57,936 nt of DNA from a virus (taxonomy: Duplodnaviria; Caudoviricetes), in the IMG/VR virus record IMGVR_UViG_3300021197_001531, positions 1 through 57,936 of that record. The stretch is one strand, 5' to 3'. Shown one piece after another: positions 49,801 through 57,608 of this stretch. A program made the translations under genes and the position numbers. The notes under the pieces were generated by a model. The model was not told where the DNA came from. It was given only the letters and a program-made list of their open reading frames with translations, and searched no databases. Numbering within the stretch: the stretch's first letter is position 1; each line of letters opens with the position of its first letter.

Positions 49801-52800
49801 ATGTAAAGAGCCGCTATTTGGCAGGTATTGTACGCCAGCGTCCTGTACCCCTCGTTATGCGTATGCCGCATCAAACGGCACGCTATACGGACCACAAAAA
49901 CAACACGCAATACTTCACTACTTACCTCATTTACGGCCCCGGTCAAGCCTTCCCCTTCAACGAAACCAGCACTGGTACGCTGGGGGCAAAGGAGCCTCAC
50001 CCCGGTTATGTTGTTACGACAGGTAATACTTGGAGTAAGGTACCTCACAGTCAAAACTTACCCAATGAAATCACCAACAGCGACGGTGACTACGGCCCAC
50101 CCAGCACCACTTATCAATCCAACCGTCACCGATTCAATTACCATACAACGCTTAACTGGTCACCGGCCCAAGGTATTCCAAACATAGGAGCCGATACTTC
50201 TTCTTCTTTCGGATTGGGTCAGCGTCTTGAACATGGTTATCACTACGGTGAACACTTCGGTAACATCAACATCACCGTCAACAGCAACAACGAGTCAGCC
50301 TTTGGTAAAGCGCATCCATACCAACATTGCGCTATTGGTTACTACGGTATTGCGATGAGTGCCGACATGACTTTCCACATGGATGGTGGTTACCACCCCG
50401 GCGGCTCGTGGCTTGATAATCAAATGGCATTTAATCCACCCATGGAAAAGGGCGACTTCCAACTGGATAAAATTAGCGGAAATCTTGTTCACCCTACTGC
50501 ATTCCGGGTTTCCGGTGTTATGGCTGAGAAGGTGCTGGCAGGCGCACTGGCTGAGGTTGCTACAGACTTTGACCGTGAAATCATTGTAGTGGACGGCACA
50601 CGATGTCAAAACGGTGAAGAGATGGCGACTATCATAGGACAAGCCATTAACGAAAATCCCGGTAAAGGTACTCTCAAGGCTATGGGTGGCACCTTCATGC
50701 CCAGCATGGGTAACGCCCAACGGCAAGACCGTTACGGTTGGACAGAACTCACCTTCAGTTCATACAGTTACGGTGGTTCCTACACGGATTTGGGTACTAC
50801 ACCCACCAGTGTGGCATATGTGGAAGCCACAATCGGTAGTGGTGATAAGCAAGATGAGTTAGAGCAAATACCAGCATCGGGTTGGATTCGTACCGATGAC
50901 GGACGGCTAAGCGGTGGTGCTTTTGGTGCATATCATTCTCGTGAAGTGTATGACAACAGCGGTACATGGACCGTGCGATTTTGGTTAGCACCTAACAAAA
51001 TTAGTGGTCAAGGGGCAATGGAAGATACTCAAACTTGGAAAGACAAAACTACCTCCGCTACACTCACTGGGCCGCAATTAAGTTCAGCATCTAAGGTCTT
51101 TGTATGGAGCAAGTCGGGTGTTCACTACTACAACAACGAGAATGCCAGCACTCGTGACCACATGACCCGTGTTCACTTTAGTGGGCTGGTGGATGCTCTT
51201 GACCGCACTCGCCCCGTGGGTGCCGTAGGGTGGGCTGGTGAGCGATACTCGTACCTCAACTCCCTCAAGGTAGGCACGGAGGGCTATGGTGCAGGTTTGG
51301 GTGCATGGCACCCGATGTTAGGCTTCTCACCCTACGGCAAAGCATCCAGTGTGATGAGCACTTTCAGTCATTTACCTCACTTTAATCCATTCAAGCACGG
51401 ACCCGAAGCCAGTGGACCCATCAACGGGTATGGTACAACGAATACCATATTGACCACACCATACACTTGGCAGTACGATGATTACAAACCATCGGGTTAT
51501 ACTTTCCAAGAGTCCGATGGTTCCTCCTATGGAGTCAAACCCTTGCACATCACTGATGCTAACGAAGTACCCCGTGCCCTCCACAGCACGCAGGGGTTGT
51601 TCAGCAAAGCATCCCTTGTGATTTCGTATGAAGGTGAGTTGTCTCTTGTTGCTAAGCATGACCGTGACGGTATCACGGCAACAGGTGACTGGCTTGCGGT
51701 GGTCAACAAGACCGCTGGCGGTACTGCCGCCGCTGACGCTATCAAGTTCGCAGGTACCACTCAGTGGGACGAGCGTGTGCACGGTGTTGACCGATTTGTG
51801 GCCCCTGCTCACGGCGGGCCTAACATTGAAGCCCTCATGATGGACTTAACTCTACCAATAAGCAACATCATAGCAGGTGCTTATGATTTTCACACCGCCA
51901 TTGGTAGCGATGATAACAGCGTGTACAACGCTGAACCCTGCTTCGCAAAGACTGGTGATTTGTTCTTTGACCTTGACAAAAGCCCCGGTAGTTTCTTCTT
52001 GGAAAATGCAAACGCTGTTGAACGCAATCGTATTACTGATTATTTCACACTCGGTAATGCGGCTTTAGACCGCTATACTGAGGACGATGATTTTTGGTTG
52101 GGCAACACCAACGCATTCAAGATGAATCAACGCTCTCCAGCCAAAAATTTCTCCGTAGAACATGTCGTATGGAAGCGTATGGATGGTGGTAACCTCTCCC
52201 TCCCTGCGGTCAACGCCCGTGGTCTTGGTGCCGTACCTTTCGTGACACGGGTTGACAGCGGTACACCGTACACCATGGGTGAGAAACTGTACGGTATCAA
52301 CCGATTTTCGTTTGAAACGACGAACAGTGCCATGTTCCCCATCATTCAAGCGCAAGAATTGGCTCACCCGCAAATTGCCGCCAGTCACCCCGATGAGTTG
52401 CGAAATGTGTTGGCCATTCCCAACGAGGAAGCACAATTTGAGGAAATGCAGGTGGAAGATGACACCGGCCAAGTACATATCGTTGAGGGTGGTTCACCCT
52501 TTGGGACGATTATCCGCACTTTCAACCCCATTTCCGACCGTAGTGCTGAAGGTCTTGCACCTGCTACTGCTGGAAGCGGTGTGGAGCCTAATCTCAAAGT
52601 ACGCCTCCCCAACCCCGATAGCATACCCGGTAATCTGCTGGTGCGTGCAGGGTTTGACCGCTTGCAAGCCTATCAAAACGAAACGATGGGTACTGGCGGA
52701 ATGATGCGCCCGCTATCAAGCGACAGTACAAAACATTTATTCACTGATGAAACGAAAGGTCCACGCCGTGGTGGTACCTTCAGCGACCACAATTGGGAAC

Positions 52801-55800
52801 ACATCAGTCAGTCCAGTTTCCCCGACCCTACTTATTCGGGTTGGGAAACAGCAACGGGTAACGCCCCGTTGGAAACCTCATACGAACTGCACGACCGCAC
52901 CCTGTTCTTCCACATCACCAAGAATGGTAACACTCACAGCCACCGTTACCCAACTTACTACACTCATGCTAACGGTATCACCAATAACGATTTGACCGCT
53001 GTTTCGTTTAGCAGTGGCACGCTGACTGTGAACGCTACAGTGGACCAATCGTTGTTTAATGAAACAATTCGTGACGGGCGCAGATTCCTGCGACTGTATG
53101 ACCCAGTGACCGACCGTGGTGGTGTTGCATCGTGTACGGGCATCAGCGGTGCTACATTTACAGGTTGCGTAGGCGATGCTGACTTTGCTGAGTTGGTCAA
53201 GTCATCCATTACCTCGCTCAAGGTTGTACCGTCATACTACATTCCCGCCGGTAGCACTCGTTTCTTCGCCGCTCGTCGTCTGCGTGACCATGCTGAAGTG
53301 AGCGGTAACAGCCCCGACATGCTTCACACCCTTTACGGTACGAATTTCGTTGACACTGACACGCTTTGCCACACCGTGTATGCTCAACCTAAGATGAGTC
53401 CACTCGCCTTACCTCGCATGGGTCACCACTTCGTAAATCCAACCATGGCGATGTTACCCGGTCACTTGGCTCATCCCGCATACCAAGGTGTGTACGACAA
53501 ACACCGAGCAATCCGTTCAGCCACCGTTAAGGCTCACGAAACTTCTCTCATGGAAGAACAGGGACTTAATGACCTCAAGAGTGATATTTCAACTACCCTT
53601 AACGATAAGTTGTACGGCTACGACACCTTGCATACTTTCAGCAGTTTAACAGCCACACCAAGCGGCCCCAGTGATATTCACGGCGGTGCGTTTACACTGA
53701 TGTTTGAGTCCAAAATTCGTAGCGATGGTTACGGTGTACTGGCATCTAAAGGACAGGCTGGGGTCATCAATGCCGCTGGTGGGCACTCCATCGTATTGGA
53801 AGCCGCCGCATCGTACACCCTGCGCCATCACTTCCCCGACCCATCCGAAGTCGGTGCTTACCAAATTGTCATTCAACCCAATATGCACAAGTCGCAGTTT
53901 ATCGGTTTCCATCAAAACAGTACGACTGGGTTCCCCGATGGTTCGGTTAAGGAATTGACCAGTCAACAGGTAGCACTTGTTGTTGGTTTGCGTGAAGCCG
54001 ATAGCGCAACAGGGGCGGTGGCTTTGGTATTGGCGGAGGCTACAGTGGCCGATGTGCGTGGTTGTGAAGTCTTCATCAACGAACTCATCATTGACCAAGA
54101 CCCCGACCACGGAAGCCAATTCACGAACATTCCACCACTGATGTTGTACAACTCCTTGGGTGTACAGGGTACGGAAAGTCCAGCATTCGTTAAGCGGTCA
54201 TTGCCTTACCAACCACAAATGTTTGCTCGTGCTACACCCGGTATGACCACCAACATTCCATGGTGGAGTATTGTACACAAGGATGGACCCGACCACGCTG
54301 ATGCCACTGGCTTCCGTCATCTCAGCCACCACCGCCTTGACAACTACTACGAGTTCTTGCGAGCCAGTGCTGGTAGCATCGCCTGTCAAATCACGCTTGC
54401 GGGCTACCCAAGCCTGTACCCCGACCTGTACCACGAGGTGCTTGAGAACATCAGCCTCAACCCAGTGTGCACCGTGGTAAGCGTTACATCAACCACCATT
54501 ACGGTTGACGATGCTCGTGGCTTCCCACAATTGCCTTATTACGGTAACAAGTTGGAGTACACCGATGCAAACGGTGTACGACGCACACACACTTACACTG
54601 AGCGCAGTGGGTATGACGCCACGAACATGAATGAACCAAAGCAATTTACTATCGTTGCAAACAATGATTTCACGAGCAATCTAAACACCGGAACGAAACT
54701 ACGCCTTACCCGCCCATACGACTTCCAACCCGCTGGTGCTATTTTGACAGACTCCAAGACCAGCATGGTAACCCGTATCTTACCGCAGATGCTACAGGGT
54801 AGCCGTGACACGAACAGTTTGCACATGGCTGATGCTTTCCTGTGCCTGTGGCACCCCAATCTCGGTCGCCCTCATACTTACTATTCGGACTCCGCTTCTC
54901 GTACTTGGTTGAACCCAACCAGTGACCGTGCTGGTGACAAGAAGCCACTCAATAGTATGCCCGAACACTTTGAAACGGTACACTATCACGATGCGTCATA
55001 CTACGCCAGCCTTGGGCCATTTGCCTTCCATCGCAAGACACCCCGCCCCCCGTATGAGATAATAGACACTTATGGTGAGCCTGCAATAGTTACAGCGTTT
55101 AACGCAACTGCCAAGACAATCACAACGGAATTAAGAGGTTACGCCCTTGCAGTGGGTTCCAAAATTATTGTTGATGGAGTCGCTTATACTGTGGCGAGTG
55201 ACAGTGTTCCTACAGCGGTGATAACGGTTAGTGAGGCAATAAATGGGGAAATCCGCATTGGCTCAACTATTCTCATTGACGGTGATGGTACAATGGAAAC
55301 TGCTGATGTTTTGGACACCACATACGGGACAACTGGTGTTATCGCTAATCGCTTTGACCCACAGGGTGGACAGTGGGATTCAACTGACGACAGCACCAAG
55401 GTCAACCTCAACCACTACTGGCCTTGTGGAAGCCGCGGTGGGCCGCTGGTGAGTCGTCTTGACGGGTACGGTTATGTTTCAGCCGCATGGAACTTCCCAC
55501 GAGAATACACCTTTGATGGTCCTGTTTGGGTTGACGGTGATGATGATGGAACATACAACATTCAAAACGGCGTGAGCAAGACCTCTTACGATGGTATCAG
55601 CAACCCAACACGCACCCGACCTTTCGGTTACCGCATTGGCCTACGCCAACCCTACAACAAGCCTCAGTGGGCATTGTATGGTATGCGTTCTTTCCGTGAA
55701 GCCGCCATCACCACCCCAGCAGTTGACAAACTCAGCATCGGCTACCCCCATGGCCCATTGGTACAAGACGAAACCGAAACTTGGACCTACGCTGGTGGCG

Positions 55801-57608
55801 ACGGATTGAGCAACGGTACTTACCCCAACACACAAATCGGTATCATGGAACGGCAAACCAACTTCAGTGGTATGCTTGGGGTGGACAAGACTGAATGGCA
55901 AGTGCGCTACAGTGACGGTATGCGTGTCGCTCGTCCATTCGGTTGCCCTGTTCGCACGCTACGCAACAAATCCACCGTCCTTCGTGACTGGTGGGGTGAC
56001 GCTGAAGGTAAGGACATCGCCAATCTTGACGAGGCTATCAATTACTATCTTGTTGATTGGTGGGGCAACACCCGTGGCGAGGATGTTCGCCGCCACCCAG
56101 TTCGTGGTTTTGGTATTCGTCCAGCGTGGGATGCAGGTGACGCATACGAATACGACCGCACCAACAATAAATCACCCTTTGAACGCTTAGTCAATACTGA
56201 TGACCCGATTGTAAACCTAAAGGGTGTAATCAATTTCACGAGTAAAGATGTGAGTGTAGCGTCGGGTGTAACACTTCCACGCTTTGGTGGTCGCCTTAAC
56301 GATACCAACAACAACGACGCCACTGAACTGGTGGATGTGTACATGCCTACCAATGCTCACCGTGTAGGTGACGATGGACACGGGCGTGGTTTGCGTTATC
56401 CAACCGCTTTCAATGAAGATGTACTCACCGCACTTGACGAACCTTATCATGCCACGGGGCTGGTGCTTTCGCATCACACCGCTGAGCCGAACATGAACGA
56501 TGGTTACATCCGTGCACGCAACGATGTACTTCAACCCGATGAGGTACCTCGTGGTATCAGTGCACGCCTTGACATCGCTGAGGATGGTCTGCTTAAGCCC
56601 GAAGCAGTGGTGAGCGACCGTGTTGAAACGGTGAGCGGTGACTCGCCTCACAAGGATGCCGTAAGCCGCAGTGCCCCTCGTATCGGTCTTGACACCGAGA
56701 ATGTAGAGGGCGTTGATGACAATCTCATCGCCATCAACACCGAGGCTCACAGTTTGCACACCGACCGTGGTGTAGGCCAGCGTGTTATCGTGCAGGGCGG
56801 GCATGAAGGTGGCTCTCAAACACTACTCAATTATGACCTCAATGCTGTGGACTTCACCGGACAGCCACAGGGTGGCGTCATGCGCCTTTCACACACTTCT
56901 AATTTCAATCCACTGGGTGGTACATATCTCGCTGAAACCCGCAATTTCGTGCAACCAATTGACGATAGTGGTTGGGGTGGCATTGATGGTAGTAACAAGA
57001 CCGCCAACCCCTACGAAACCAGCATATTTGATGCTTCCAGCGACCAAACCAACTTCACGGACAAGCGCATCACCTACATGTTGCGCCCTGTCCGTTTGTT
57101 GGACAAGCAACACATTGAGATGTTCCGACCCAACAACAACTTGAATGCCCTATCACCTCAATTCGGGAGCAATTATTTCTCCACTACAGCAGGCGGTAAG
57201 TACGGTGCATATGCTTACGAGATTACAGGTGGTCGTGCAACCAGTGGTAACTACATCCGGTCCACCAATCCCGATGGTAACCCTCCTTACGCTCCATTGT
57301 ATGTCATGGACATCTCTTCCAACGACAGCACACCTGTCAGTACCGGACCAAACATCCTTGGTACCGCCAAGTCAACATTTGATTCGTCCAAGTTGGACAA
57401 CGAAGTTACCCGTGTTATCATCAGCGAGAATACCCTGCAACACTACCGTGCTGACGCATCACGCCGACGCACGCACCAAGAGGGTGAAAGCAAGGAGGAA
57501 CGCATGGATTATACCGTCCAGCCTCGCTTCTCTCAATCTCTACATCCAAAAGGACATAAAGGGGATGTAACCTACAATTCAAATGACCACAGTGGTGATG
57601 CTTCGTGA
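40866..57608 (+). CDS. Giant (5580 aa) tail/adhesin protein with an N-terminal LamG/concanavalin-like domain
   Basis: Uninterrupted ORF; FFFDGVSDSV..FVIEAWV..YHVVA..LAVNG..YLGG..FRGAIEAI LamG pattern; G/T/S/D-rich; GAGGTGG RBS. Confidence 0.8.
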   Translation: MVAIGRSSHAFFFDGVSDSVIIPQGRFTKTGVKDADGNKLMTKTLQGSGDIVSINGKTIADFVIEAWVVPDCGGIIAHREGQFTLEMGTVDTPGPAVFTVQVESLQGPSYFRLATAYDASTRWDGIVYPQQEHGGIHDSYNRYDTSNYGDATNLNFNNRPLYHVVAGINQDRVFLAVNGEVVAEQDIPPETRLARSTEHVYLGGKGGEFRGAIEAIHFSNEFDENMIQPSMAVKSLTTSALFRFEEPIDVVQGTYDFNAYTVTDASTKTLTMSTTNAQALIARLTGKAYDSSTPTTTFTANPYSMGNYKVVDYYTNTGTPTTLAVPHTPYNLLINPGAINRNTQKPNQSPPERVRLESINGSTGVVTFSSIHIDFVNGTSGIRGALHSRTADVDNYFVVVGADLLIDNGTGKPYQPPHYGTQIFDKTGQMVLDESNTENHGLVYSNRMATTDTDTNNPFAVTWPAGLDTLFQIGHSGRHAFSHITGHEYMRRFPKPADLVVDQQADGSADIVQMAYDSNTRNIDEMFVMNSLVDFYSETLEAPIARIENSSSVATITHNGLPASKRELIAIGGSGFKYAAFMLKGPVPETGAIDENNRLHHLVPETESRVALLHVPALKTSHDLAPYVEIHYNAVDLTGASMGESAPMLMVEKTVPAGSFDLGSGTRVLDVITSDLANCTLYSPGGVIYLSNAISGYGSLMQESHTLIGDNTGGQESDTELDYSRTPELYTPVSDVNAEPASPPKAIARSHNSSTHESVYHRLAIESMSSSATDTIVDEGAGKRTRQPTTDKTGTGVFDLGPTTHSSRVFEMFNIIDNVLITDEAGLLAKIFVQPSVKSRVNQLSLVRSLGAGDTPNIASIMFLMSRCRVRGVSKQESPEGNMSTVVVTATGIADSFVNENVSVIGSGSPDSHVVKEIEPNAPVVTVTLGGPGQGGVNTKPTFDPSPLMRLPGSTRRNCVVQAKVVHTATVSALPFSMSITPINNGSPDIASWGTICFPKKGRVYLQDGASAEYNSKSGSGFYFDQTTTAIKDRKYLDAAGTAYANFHDWCNATGIINQASTGTHLTSVYISNDGDFDSDSLAQDGSTVNDRLFQSLDTVTHDYQLGTQFASTRAMVEIPVFPQQFFDHTELGIFPGPDNSMKLHVDATYTAHTWNPTPVGRRANDIEAADKTKFSAYSYTMNSQEHVGSAMITKFEVVGNFYYLYVSHPQLFPDASTTGTFGGIKDVRRVRRVFVNDEDWAFYVNDPSTDGYLKIPYNSNGGFHEGVSDTFAFNAIVGSRIYIVDSRNESLIPLSSDSDTPSSDYEGRSPFYHDMANVMTQGGNLDYGLRQYVSAVEFKAGPLANPHAPRTVSKRASSKILQVTQESAIGGGTQLELILEDASLFPDAPFTKDSSNAISFEQGDLLFISEIMLDTPIEGFYYGRVTNTAGTNSVIMVIPDGVSFTAGDFVGVNLRLKKYGRALSGLSDPANAILSERAITTFYPTTADERWEFPTAYSAGTTTVLNITNGSKRFAHANTVGVNIRKGDKLYKQTGTGTLNIKYVGEVSAVESNEVTGVYTQITLTANNAVGISANDRVRIGANSVITEDFDAILNRSWLYPYAQGGLRNGDTVWMNMTLNNPHAVEGLFAKSRGVFNEAAVWKGFNGGQGTLADRPRDSIPLENFLIGDSCLETAQNFAQHVNKTMEMNYEAMGLDASQAPTVAYIDPYLSTDGNARVLLFDVAHDREFIAFHDLHMQVQSSAATPTLGYTRDIAHSTGTIKLDKHLVSINGGAPHYFTTQLDVANGFPSENKYLRSTQQSKFIESAYAHNTPNMGGGAYTLTDPSSRGANPFVRGKGHGHFVHTGYFHEETSNTHTVGDSTLPRVQPAVASVYYANQAHKTVRIERAGDSLISTLRSHRLSKDPNTHSFKDSSTLFDTPDGTRVISAFLCLKGKRSNHLDLVNHEESRLQHLKHWSQMDFVRRMTLDLGEVGVKEGVTDIEAAARELVRIINQGGAPKGRTHARRPSQQYPGESERLDLTRIGVRQDIGDENKDPTSAHINADFAATGSTYDPSPFWYGDIAFDTHDRGSHMGYVRAHLGRVVEDINGNEGYSIVIHSTIPGASGRNFCVWLDNSKGQSSYQPQFLIGHGGRFRNFWAQPDEILGENMHPAPMPLNKDGRPFAPVTTLREFVPQEKPNEAFTSNHDVSSRGDKTTNPNGRNISAHLGGISHNSVNDESFEAQSPSTTLVKGLRTGKQATARINFGGLVETGVPGFSPIAGKYGLGRKGDLSFNKRYNETILTGGTSPVANGSYTNHILSTELLDEKIGDAPLYGFRFTDHRGIGYGIRLIYREMNSPFANELTTIPSTIDEEICVYFDDRDVAQGGFTIGQNMLGAGDGTGRLTVESGMTEALWRGNQWRGMYAPSIGVDSQIKWDSTDSTIEIRLEAPFDTATSDFDAINDILGYLGFPRENGVLQITDPIYDSDLTYIGSLGNTVSYESRTQNDATGTHIFYGVRGSSFTISHYLSTFGGAATEGTGAEQLPATSNNIIRGLISPRLNMTTLVTDELLAAVTAAAVNLENPNIQEGFSFNCREMYAPDGRTFGEWGVAADAIKIRAHNPQQGARSLSKMFTASVHKDLGIAAPHLEFGEYQSLIQSGSSWTVTDGSTAVNEPYSDDDIETHHKKIDCGYIPHTVLQITSKARGFHTNTPTPILVDSYNDPVPVSRWRNNLKGIRFTRKSGDHITPALDNTAVIYDSFNGSTGVFTLLNSIAAILIPAGFESDALSISGSNRDRLVSYGDKTVIYHGTLKKALGTSLQDSSASGLDKLLVDISESNEAWKGEYEGVSTITDDGLLAVQNQNVFTGIRLYGSVESEPITYFKGGQDSKDHSVPLYFGGGFSGVVLDVNDGSKNDYSSFYTHPYSTGPTGTAGIQNANEISTAYALVDCNALLAFFPGTPFLDQHRGSINPPAYNQDSLLSPDIDVGTLATLTALPGHVKSRYLAGIVRQRPVPLVMRMPHQTARYTDHKNNTQYFTTYLIYGPGQAFPFNETSTGTLGAKEPHPGYVVTTGNTWSKVPHSQNLPNEITNSDGDYGPPSTTYQSNRHRFNYHTTLNWSPAQGIPNIGADTSSSFGLGQRLEHGYHYGEHFGNINITVNSNNESAFGKAHPYQHCAIGYYGIAMSADMTFHMDGGYHPGGSWLDNQMAFNPPMEKGDFQLDKISGNLVHPTAFRVSGVMAEKVLAGALAEVATDFDREIIVVDGTRCQNGEEMATIIGQAINENPGKGTLKAMGGTFMPSMGNAQRQDRYGWTELTFSSYSYGGSYTDLGTTPTSVAYVEATIGSGDKQDELEQIPASGWIRTDDGRLSGGAFGAYHSREVYDNSGTWTVRFWLAPNKISGQGAMEDTQTWKDKTTSATLTGPQLSSASKVFVWSKSGVHYYNNENASTRDHMTRVHFSGLVDALDRTRPVGAVGWAGERYSYLNSLKVGTEGYGAGLGAWHPMLGFSPYGKASSVMSTFSHLPHFNPFKHGPEASGPINGYGTTNTILTTPYTWQYDDYKPSGYTFQESDGSSYGVKPLHITDANEVPRALHSTQGLFSKASLVISYEGELSLVAKHDRDGITATGDWLAVVNKTAGGTAAADAIKFAGTTQWDERVHGVDRFVAPAHGGPNIEALMMDLTLPISNIIAGAYDFHTAIGSDDNSVYNAEPCFAKTGDLFFDLDKSPGSFFLENANAVERNRITDYFTLGNAALDRYTEDDDFWLGNTNAFKMNQRSPAKNFSVEHVVWKRMDGGNLSLPAVNARGLGAVPFVTRVDSGTPYTMGEKLYGINRFSFETTNSAMFPIIQAQELAHPQIAASHPDELRNVLAIPNEEAQFEEMQVEDDTGQVHIVEGGSPFGTIIRTFNPISDRSAEGLAPATAGSGVEPNLKVRLPNPDSIPGNLLVRAGFDRLQAYQNETMGTGGMMRPLSSDSTKHLFTDETKGPRRGGTFSDHNWEHISQSSFPDPTYSGWETATGNAPLETSYELHDRTLFFHITKNGNTHSHRYPTYYTHANGITNNDLTAVSFSSGTLTVNATVDQSLFNETIRDGRRFLRLYDPVTDRGGVASCTGISGATFTGCVGDADFAELVKSSITSLKVVPSYYIPAGSTRFFAARRLRDHAEVSGNSPDMLHTLYGTNFVDTDTLCHTVYAQPKMSPLALPRMGHHFVNPTMAMLPGHLAHPAYQGVYDKHRAIRSATVKAHETSLMEEQGLNDLKSDISTTLNDKLYGYDTLHTFSSLTATPSGPSDIHGGAFTLMFESKIRSDGYGVLASKGQAGVINAAGGHSIVLEAAASYTLRHHFPDPSEVGAYQIVIQPNMHKSQFIGFHQNSTTGFPDGSVKELTSQQVALVVGLREADSATGAVALVLAEATVADVRGCEVFINELIIDQDPDHGSQFTNIPPLMLYNSLGVQGTESPAFVKRSLPYQPQMFARATPGMTTNIPWWSIVHKDGPDHADATGFRHLSHHRLDNYYEFLRASAGSIACQITLAGYPSLYPDLYHEVLENISLNPVCTVVSVTSTTITVDDARGFPQLPYYGNKLEYTDANGVRRTHTYTERSGYDATNMNEPKQFTIVANNDFTSNLNTGTKLRLTRPYDFQPAGAILTDSKTSMVTRILPQMLQGSRDTNSLHMADAFLCLWHPNLGRPHTYYSDSASRTWLNPTSDRAGDKKPLNSMPEHFETVHYHDASYYASLGPFAFHRKTPRPPYEIIDTYGEPAIVTAFNATAKTITTELRGYALAVGSKIIVDGVAYTVASDSVPTAVITVSEAINGEIRIGSTILIDGDGTMETADVLDTTYGTTGVIANRFDPQGGQWDSTDDSTKVNLNHYWPCGSRGGPLVSRLDGYGYVSAAWNFPREYTFDGPVWVDGDDDGTYNIQNGVSKTSYDGISNPTRTRPFGYRIGLRQPYNKPQWALYGMRSFREAAITTPAVDKLSIGYPHGPLVQDETETWTYAGGDGLSNGTYPNTQIGIMERQTNFSGMLGVDKTEWQVRYSDGMRVARPFGCPVRTLRNKSTVLRDWWGDAEGKDIANLDEAINYYLVDWWGNTRGEDVRRHPVRGFGIRPAWDAGDAYEYDRTNNKSPFERLVNTDDPIVNLKGVINFTSKDVSVASGVTLPRFGGRLNDTNNNDATELVDVYMPTNAHRVGDDGHGRGLRYPTAFNEDVLTALDEPYHATGLVLSHHTAEPNMNDGYIRARNDVLQPDEVPRGISARLDIAEDGLLKPEAVVSDRVETVSGDSPHKDAVSRSAPRIGLDTENVEGVDDNLIAINTEAHSLHTDRGVGQRVIVQGGHEGGSQTLLNYDLNAVDFTGQPQGGVMRLSHTSNFNPLGGTYLAETRNFVQPIDDSGWGGIDGSNKTANPYETSIFDASSDQTNFTDKRITYMLRPVRLLDKQHIEMFRPNNNLNALSPQFGSNYFSTTAGGKYGAYAYEITGGRATSGNYIRSTNPDGNPPYAPLYVMDISSNDSTPVSTGPNILGTAKSTFDSSKLDNEVTRVIISENTLQHYRADASRRRTHQEGESKEERMDYTVQPRFSQSLHPKGHKGDVTYNSNDHSGDAS

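Noticed and set aside
40866-57608. Many 60-200 aa alternative-frame and antisense ORFs here and across the window
   Set aside because: Shadows of long genes, without RBS, promoter or recognisable motifs.
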